A DNA stretch of 34,182 nt, from IMG/VR virus record IMGVR_UViG_3300037125_000003, positions 1-34,182 of that record, one strand, 5' to 3'. Positions 28,655 to 34,182 of the stretch are shown here, piece by piece. Positions within the stretch are counted from its first letter, which is position 1, and each line of letters begins with the position of its first letter. This stretch comes from a virus. Its lineage: Duplodnaviria; Caudoviricetes. A program made the translations under genes and the position numbers. Below the pieces are notes generated by a model, which searched no databases, was not told the DNA's origin, and saw only the letters and a list, made by a program, of their open reading frames with translations.

Positions 28655-29271
28655 CAATTACCAGGGCTTTAAAAGAACTCAAACTTTTAGACGCTCGCAT
28701 TACCAAAAAGATAGGGTCTTTTCACCCTATGGGTCTTAAACAAAAACGTGCCGGCGAAATGGTACTTGATACTTTTAAAACTGTTAATGAATTTAACAGC
28801 GAAGTAAGTAAAGAGTATCAGTCTATTAACGACATAATCGAACGACGTAGGAAGCTCAAACAGGCTATAGCTATTTCAAATGCTACAACTAAAGTGACTA
28901 TAGCGGGTCAGGAAATGACTGTTATAGAGGCGCTAGAGTCTAAAACTACAGCCGGACATAAAAAACTGTTAATGGACAGAATGTCAGCAAGACTCAACGA
29001 AATGAATAGGCGCATAGCCTTACACCAGGATAAGTTAGACGCCAATGTAGATAAAATGATTGATACTAATTTATCTAAAGATAGAAAGGCTGATGAGGAA
29101 GAATACAAAAAGATAGTTGAACCTTTTATGGCTGATAACAAACTTACAAAGGTTGACCCTATCGACGTTGAAAAAGAGATAAAGAAAATTGAGGAATACC
29201 TTGAAATCTTTACCGCTGACGTAGATATTTGTTTAAGCGAAAGCAACTCAAAAACGGAGATTGAGATTTAA
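28633..29271 (+). CDS. Coiled-coil protein, DIP1984/DUF6847-like
   Basis: TITRALKELKLLDARI, KLKQAIAISNATTKV..TVIEAL, VD..LSESN.KTEIEI pattern; family recognised from memory, not searched. Confidence 0.65.
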   Translation: MSEKQRLTITRALKELKLLDARITKKIGSFHPMGLKQKRAGEMVLDTFKTVNEFNSEVSKEYQSINDIIERRRKLKQAIAISNATTKVTIAGQEMTVIEALESKTTAGHKKLLMDRMSARLNEMNRRIALHQDKLDANVDKMIDTNLSKDRKADEEEYKKIVEPFMADNKLTKVDPIDVEKEIKKIEEYLEIFTADVDICLSESNSKTEIEI

Positions 29272-29279
29272 TGTATAAC

Positions 29280-29635
29280 AGCTTCCATATACTACGAAAA
29301 CTTAAACTGTACTCCCTTTGGGCGGTAGGGGTTATTACCGCCTATAAAATAGTTATGCTAAACTATACAGCGTGTTGTAGGTTCAAATCCTACAATTCCC
29401 GCCATATAAACAGGGAATTTAGCTCAATGGTAGAGCATCTGCATATCGGAGCAGAGGGAACGCAACCCTTACATGAACGTTTAAAACGTAAAGTTTGTTT
29501 GGTAAAGTTTGTCCTGTCAAAATGTAACGCTGAAAATGTAAAGATTTTAGTTTATAGAAATCTTAGGGTACTGGTTAATAGTTTTGGTACAATGACTTTT
29601 GTTTTCCACTAAGCTGTAGTGTATGGAGGCTTTTT
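29280..29635 (+). ncRNA. ~350-nt structured ncRNA with permuted tRNA-like domain and periodic tract
   Basis: 16-bp closing stem 29280-29295 / 29616-29631 with two G-U pairs, then T5; internal 10-bp hairpin 29319-29344. Confidence 0.8.
29372..29455 (+). ncRNA. Circularly permuted tRNA-like element (T arm-acceptor 3' strand-CCA precedes acceptor 5' strand-D arm)
   Basis: GTAGG-TTCAAAT-CCTAC-AATTCCC-G-CCA, 8-nt linker, then GGGAATT-TA-GCTC-AATGGTA-GAGC-A-TCTGC-8nt-GCAGA. Confidence 0.85.
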
Positions 29636-29653
29636 ATTTAGGGAGGTGTCGGA

Positions 29654-29887
29654 GTGAGCTTTACAAATTGTAAAATAGTTATGTACGAGGTAATGGAAAC
29701 AAAAAAGAAAACAAGACAAAAACCAGCGTTTATTAAAATAGCAGTTGATGATGAATTTATAGATAAACTTCATGGCACTATGTTTGCTGGACTAAATGAC
29801 AAGTTACCTATGACTTGTTTAAGTTTGTGTTGGGACGAGCCACAAAAAGAAAGTAAAGAGGGTGTAAATGAAAAAACCAATAGATAA
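29654..29887 (+). CDS. Hypothetical protein
   Basis: GGAGGT SD, GTG start. Confidence 0.65.
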   Translation: MSFTNCKIVMYEVMETKKKTRQKPAFIKIAVDDEFIDKLHGTMFAGLNDKLPMTCLSLCWDEPQKESKEGVNEKTNR

Positions 29888-30122
29888 ATTATTTCAGAAA
29901 AGTTTTAAAGTTTATGAATGTCAGTATGAAAAAAAAAAAAAAAACTGCCAATTGTTAAAAGAAAAAGAATCAGAGCTTACCAAACTGAGGGACTTGGTTG
30001 AAGATGCAAGAGAACTGATAGATTACGTTGCTGGTAACGATAAACAGTATTCTATGGTTTTACATGCCAAAAACTGGCTTGATGACTATAAGGAGCTACA
30101 AGATGAAAAGACTAGAAGGTAA
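29868..30122 (+). CDS. Hypothetical protein containing an A16 run
   Basis: 84 aa; overlaps neighbours. Confidence 0.6.
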   Translation: MKKPIDKLFQKSFKVYECQYEKKKKNCQLLKEKESELTKLRDLVEDARELIDYVAGNDKQYSMVLHAKNWLDDYKELQDEKTRR

Positions 30123-30417
30123 CAGAATCTTAGAAAACTGTGGACAATGCTCTTTAAAAATTCACTTATTGCCAGAAAAAGGATTAGGACATTTAGGCTA
30201 CAAATGCAGTAAATTAAATATCAAAGTTGAACCTAACACTATCCACCCTAAATGCCCGTTGCAGACGGTTGAGGTAATCACAGACGAAGAAACTATTGGC
30301 CTATTTGAAGAAGCTTTTTGCTATGACGAATTTGGAGTTGATTCCATTATATTAGTAAAAAAGCTAAGGAGAGTGAGTAATGGAAATAGTAATAATACAA
30401 ACATGGTGTCACCCTGA
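30103..30417 (+). CDS. Hypothetical Cys-containing protein
   Basis: Start revised to ATG 30103 (AAGGAG SD); CGQC...C...CPL. Confidence 0.6.
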   Translation: MKRLEGNRILENCGQCSLKIHLLPEKGLGHLGYKCSKLNIKVEPNTIHPKCPLQTVEVITDEETIGLFEEAFCYDEFGVDSIILVKKLRRVSNGNSNNTNMVSP

Positions 30418-30568
30418 ATTTGGTGGTCAACAAACAAGAGTAAAAAAGATAGAATTAACTGCTGAAAATGTTGGACTGATTAAAGATACATATAAAAAAA
30501 TGTCTAATAAAGATGACCTATATAAACATACAGCAATATATGTTCAGGCTAAGGAGGTGTCGGAGTGA
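30380..30568 (+). CDS. Hypothetical protein
   Basis: 62 aa; AAGGAG SD. Confidence 0.6.
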   Translation: MEIVIIQTWCHPEFGGQQTRVKKIELTAENVGLIKDTYKKMSNKDDLYKHTAIYVQAKEVSE

Positions 30569-30888
30569 AAAGAGTAAGGAAAAATAAATTTTTTAAATCT
30601 TATGTAGTCAATATCTTTTGGCTACTTGTATTCTCAGCAATGATGCTTCATATCTATTTTTCAAGGCAAGACGACCAAACACAAGAAACACTAAATGTAC
30701 AAGTCAAAAAGCAATTAACAGCAACAGAAAAGAAAGCTAAAAAGGCTGAACGTAAAATGATAGCCGAACTCAGGCACAGCTTTACAGTGTATGCTAAGTC
30801 AGTGAAACAAGACCCGCTTACAGCGTGTATAGGATATATGGCTAAAGAGGCTGACGTTTGTCTTATTATTTTTGAGGGAGGTAACTAA
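30565..30888 (+). CDS. Single-pass membrane protein
   Basis: Basic N-terminus, then VVNIFWLLVFSAMMLHIYF. Confidence 0.65.
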   Translation: MKRVRKNKFFKSYVVNIFWLLVFSAMMLHIYFSRQDDQTQETLNVQVKKQLTATEKKAKKAERKMIAELRHSFTVYAKSVKQDPLTACIGYMAKEADVCLIIFEGGN

Positions 30889-31179
30889 ATGCCCGTAAAT
30901 GATTTAAAGAATTTTAGTTTTGATTTTGTAGAAAAAATGAAAAACAGGGTTAGAGTATCACATCATAAATACGGCGACCTGGAAAAAACAAAACAAGACC
31001 CTACCATACATAGGGACGAGCTTAGAAATGCAGAAAAACGTATTAAAGATTATAAGGAAACAGGTAATACCGAATACCTTATAGATGCTGCTAATTTTTT
31101 AATGTTTGAATTTATGGAAATGCACGGGGCTTTTATACCAACAGATAATAACGAAAGAGCTTTTATAGTACAAAGTTAG
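30889..31179 (+). CDS. Conserved phage protein, possibly all-alpha NTP pyrophosphohydrolase-like
   Basis: KYG...YKETGNTEYLIDAANFLMFEF motif; function is inference. Confidence 0.5.
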   Translation: MPVNDLKNFSFDFVEKMKNRVRVSHHKYGDLEKTKQDPTIHRDELRNAEKRIKDYKETGNTEYLIDAANFLMFEFMEMHGAFIPTDNNERAFIVQS

Positions 31180-31183
31180 AGGG

Positions 31184-31612
31184 GTGTGTATGAATATTTT
31201 AGGGGAAGCAATTACCAAAATACGACAGGAGAAAAATATATCTCAAAAAGAACTCGCTCATACTATAGGGATAGCCCCCTCATACATGAGCGACATAGAA
31301 CGCGGTAGACGAAATCCCAAAATGAACCTATTAGCATGTATAACATATGTACTTTATCACGATAACAAACATGATTATTCTGACTTTTACCTATTCGAGA
31401 AATATATCGAGGGCATGGAACAAAGATTAGGTAAATTATATTTAGAGGCTTTAGAGTCTTACGAAAATACAGGAGGTAACAATTTGAAAAAACAGACAAA
31501 AGGAAGTCTAAAAACCGAGACTGAGAGTAAAAAGAAAAAGGCAAAAAAACCTATGCTTAAAAAACCAAAACTAAAAGGCGTAGAAGAAAAGGGAGGGAAA
31601 AAGAAAAAATGA
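31184..31612 (+). CDS. XRE-family HTH regulator with Lys-rich tail
   Basis: IRQEKNISQKELAHTIGIAPSYMSDIERGRRNP. Confidence 0.85.
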   Translation: MCMNILGEAITKIRQEKNISQKELAHTIGIAPSYMSDIERGRRNPKMNLLACITYVLYHDNKHDYSDFYLFEKYIEGMEQRLGKLYLEALESYENTGGNNLKKQTKGSLKTETESKKKKAKKPMLKKPKLKGVEEKGGKKKK

Positions 31613-32298
31613 GTATTGAAAAAAACTTAGAAAGGATTGCAAATGCACTTGAGGCGATAGCTTTTGGTGAAAAAGGTACAGACCTAGACAATCACACAAC
31701 GGAAGCAATGGAAGCCGTGGATACTTCTGAGGGTAAAAAACCGGATAAAGCCAAAAAGACACCCAAAAAGGGCAAAATCGAGCTTGTAGACGCACCAGGG
31801 GACTTACACCAGTATCTACCAGGCACAGAGTTTGAAGAGCCAAGAGACAGGCGGAGAAGGATTATAGACGGGCTTAATAACTTTGGTATAGAGTTCCAGC
31901 AAAAACAGGCAACTGATTACCTGGAAAAGTTACTGACAAAGACTTTCGCGGAAAGGGGGTATAAATACGAGAAAATCGAAAAAACTACACCCACACAGCC
32001 AAAACCCGCTGCCAGCGCAGAAAAGGAAGCCGGTATATCTTTGCCCCAACCACCGGCTAAGGAAGAATCCCAGGAAGAGTTTGACCTATTAGGAGAACCA
32101 GCAAAGGAAGAAGTAAAAACCGTAACTTTTGAAGAACTAAAGGTTAAGGCTTCTTTGTACCTTAAAACTTTCAAGGTACAAAAGACGGAAACCCTTATCG
32201 CAAAGTACGACAAAAGTGAAAAACCAAAGCTTTCTGGTGTACCTGAAAAAGATAGATACGCATTATACCAGGACTTTATAAAGGGGTTGACGCTATAA
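31609..32298 (+). CDS. Hypothetical protein preceding DUF2800
   Basis: MSIEKNLERIANALE start, low-complexity linker, KLSGVPE C-terminus typical of this position. Confidence 0.7.
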   Translation: MSIEKNLERIANALEAIAFGEKGTDLDNHTTEAMEAVDTSEGKKPDKAKKTPKKGKIELVDAPGDLHQYLPGTEFEEPRDRRRRIIDGLNNFGIEFQQKQATDYLEKLLTKTFAERGYKYEKIEKTTPTQPKPAASAEKEAGISLPQPPAKEESQEEFDLLGEPAKEEVKTVTFEELKVKASLYLKTFKVQKTETLIAKYDKSEKPKLSGVPEKDRYALYQDFIKGLTL

Positions 32299-33557
32299 TG
32301 AGTAAAAAAGTACCACAAGAAAGAGAACACGCAAGACTCGCACCGTCAGCAGCTTCACGTTGGATGTCTTGTCCAGGCTCTATAGCTTTGTATGATGAAC
32401 TACCAAAAAATAATAAGGTTAAAACTTACGCCGAAGAAGGAACAGCAGCGCATCAATTAGCGGAGTATTGTTTAAAGCAATGGGTAAACGCGGATATTAT
32501 GTTAGGCGCTGATATAACTGTGCCGGAAACAGGGAATAAATATCCGGTAACTGAGGAAATGGTAGAAGCAGTACAAGAGTATCTTGATTGTATCAGGCAA
32601 GATATTACCGACGAAGAAATACGTCTTAAAACTAAACTTTGGGGTCTTGAGAAACGCTTTGATTTAAGTTGGATACACCCTGATATTTTTGGGTCAAATG
32701 ACTATTATGTTTATAAGCCAAAAGAAATGAAGCTTAAAGTTTATGACCTAAAATACGGGAAGGGTGTCATTGTAGAGCCTGAACATAACCCTCAGCTAAT
32801 GCTTTACGCACTTGGGGCTTTACATGATATATACGAAAACTTTTTTAAAGCTAAAGGCAACGACGATATTACTACATTAGTAGATACTATTGACTTAGTT
32901 ATCGTTCAGCCTAGAGCCTATCACCCTGACGGTAGTGTAAGGTCATGGACAATAAAAAGTAGAGACCTTATGTATTGGGGTGTTAACGTAGCAAGGATAG
33001 CAGCGTTAGAAACTAACAAGGAAGATGCTAGACTTAAAGTTGGTAAACATTGCAAATTTTGTGAAGCACAGGCGACTTGTCCCGAACAGGTAGCTTATTC
33101 TTGCGAAGTAGCCAAAATTGATTTTGCGGAAGATAGACCTTGTTTCCCTGACCCTTCTATGCTCGCGCCGGAAGATATATCAAAGGTACTTGAGTTGTCT
33201 GAGGCCATAAGCGGTTGGGTTGACAAAGTAAAGGACTACGCAAAACAACAAATGGAAGTAGGGGTAAATGTCCCAGGTTATAAATTGGTTAATGCAAAAA
33301 CAAACAGGGTGTGGAATGAAGACGCTGACCTTGAACTCGAAATGATACTAGGGGACGAGGCGTACAAGAAAAAACTCATTACACCGGCACAAGCTGAAAA
33401 GCTTTTAAAAAGTATGGGTGAATCTGTTAAGGTGTTAGACGGGCTTTGGTACAAACCAGAACCAGGGAAGACGATAGCACCTATGAGCGACAAAAGAAAA
33501 GAAGTCTTAGGGGATGATGCCGAATTATTTTTGGATGACCTGGACTTACTAAACTAA
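32298..33557 (+). CDS. DUF2800 Cas4-like PD-(D/E)XK exonuclease
   Basis: HARLAPSAASRW..CPGS, EEGTAAH, GSND, DLKYGKG, NPQLMLYALGA, HCKFC...CP. Confidence 0.9.
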   Translation: MSKKVPQEREHARLAPSAASRWMSCPGSIALYDELPKNNKVKTYAEEGTAAHQLAEYCLKQWVNADIMLGADITVPETGNKYPVTEEMVEAVQEYLDCIRQDITDEEIRLKTKLWGLEKRFDLSWIHPDIFGSNDYYVYKPKEMKLKVYDLKYGKGVIVEPEHNPQLMLYALGALHDIYENFFKAKGNDDITTLVDTIDLVIVQPRAYHPDGSVRSWTIKSRDLMYWGVNVARIAALETNKEDARLKVGKHCKFCEAQATCPEQVAYSCEVAKIDFAEDRPCFPDPSMLAPEDISKVLELSEAISGWVDKVKDYAKQQMEVGVNVPGYKLVNAKTNRVWNEDADLELEMILGDEAYKKKLITPAQAEKLLKSMGESVKVLDGLWYKPEPGKTIAPMSDKRKEVLGDDAELFLDDLDLLN

Positions 33558-33568
33558 GGGGGTGTAAA

Positions 33569-33838
33569 TTGGAAAAAAAGGGTGTTTTAATTACTGAAAA
33601 AGAGTATGCGGAATACATGGATTACAAAGATGCACTTGGTAGTAAATACGACAAACTAATTGAGAACCGTATAGCTACCTGGCAGAAATTTTTTAAAAGT
33701 ATTCCAAAAAGAAAGCTCAGTAAAATAAAACTTATTATTAAAATACCCTGCATGTCGAAGGAACAAGTCTACGCTTTAGCGGAGACTGTAGGCAGGAGTA
33801 TAAGGAACCGAGAAAACATAAAAGTCGAAGCATACTAA
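33569..33838 (+). CDS. Hypothetical protein
   Basis: 89 aa; AAGGGGG SD, TTG start. Confidence 0.6.
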   Translation: MEKKGVLITEKEYAEYMDYKDALGSKYDKLIENRIATWQKFFKSIPKRKLSKIKLIIKIPCMSKEQVYALAETVGRSIRNRENIKVEAY

Positions 33839-33882
33839 AAACTAAAAAACGTCGAAATATCTCGACAAAGGAAGGTAATCGT

Positions 33883-34182
33883 ATGAACGAAAAAACAGTT
33901 AAAAAAAGTTTAGGAAAAATCAAATCACCGGAATTTAGGGTAAGCTACCCGCATGTCTTTAAACCACAAACACCCCCAGGGGCAGACAAACCAAAATATA
34001 GCTTGGTAATGCTGTTCCCGAAAGGTACTGATTTTGCAGAAATGAAAGAACTAGCTAACGAAGCTATCAAAAGGAAATGGCCTGACCCTGCAAAGAGAGC
34101 AGCCATACTAAAAAATCCCAAGTTTAGAAAACCTTTCAGAGACGGAGACTTGGAAAGGGGAGATAAGCAAGGGTACCCTGGA
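33883..34182 (+). CDS. DUF2815 ssDNA-binding protein, partial
   Basis: Not in ORF track; FRVSYPHVFKP...KYSLVMLFPK...PFRDGD; follows DUF2800. Confidence 0.85.
   Translation, partial: MNEKTVKKSLGKIKSPEFRVSYPHVFKPQTPPGADKPKYSLVMLFPKGTDFAEMKELANEAIKRKWPDPAKRAAILKNPKFRKPFRDGDLERGDKQGYPG

Noticed and set aside
29372-29455. Ordinary tRNA gene, or remnants of two tandem tRNAs / an att site
   Set aside because: Halves are in reverse order yet their acceptor strands are perfectly complementary, so they are one unit. There is no 7-nt anticodon loop and no integrase in the window.
29475-29559. CRISPR or TIGR-like array
   Set aside because: Units are only 7 nt with no repeat-spacer structure. The Cas4-like DUF2800 is a normal phage replication gene.
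29271-29612. 113-aa ORF over the ncRNA
   Set aside because: No clear SD and no recognisable motifs; coincides with RNA helices, tRNA arms and a non-triplet periodicity. TAATG overlap noted, so translation is not fully excluded.
29280-29635. Two-piece tmRNA
   Set aside because: No G3-U70 pair, discriminator is G, a full D stem is present, and I could not identify a tag reading frame.
1-34182. Diversity-generating retroelement as in BPP-1
   Set aside because: No reverse transcriptase or TR/VR pair in this window; the 7585/11078 duplication is not adenine-specific.

Overview
AT-rich fragment of a tailed dsDNA phage (podovirus-type, head/tail module of the BPP-1/epsilon15/T7-like style) with two divergent arms. 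The minus-strand arm (22.4 kb to 1) encodes small early genes, a Prim-Pol/AAA primase-helicase, a repeat-rich noncoding gap (candidate ori), a RuvC-like resolvase, TerS, TerL and portal. It continues with an inserted glycosyltransferase / radical SAM-GT / methyltransferase cassette, then scaffold, major capsid, cement protein, tail adaptor, nozzle and ejection proteins. The plus-strand arm (22.6 kb to end) carries DUF932, a lipoprotein metallopeptidase, an SNF2 helicase, many small ORFs and the start of a DUF2800-DUF2815 replication module. The best candidate for an undescribed system is a promoter-driven unit (28233-29635): a coiled-coil protein (DIP1984/DUF6847-like) followed at once by a ~350-nt closed-stem RNA that holds a circularly permuted tRNA-like domain with CCA and a 7/14-nt periodic tract. 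Second, the radical SAM-glycosyltransferase ends in a duplicated copy of the N-terminal domain of a small head-module protein, a possible capsid-targeting tag. Family names come from motif recognition only; no searches were run.
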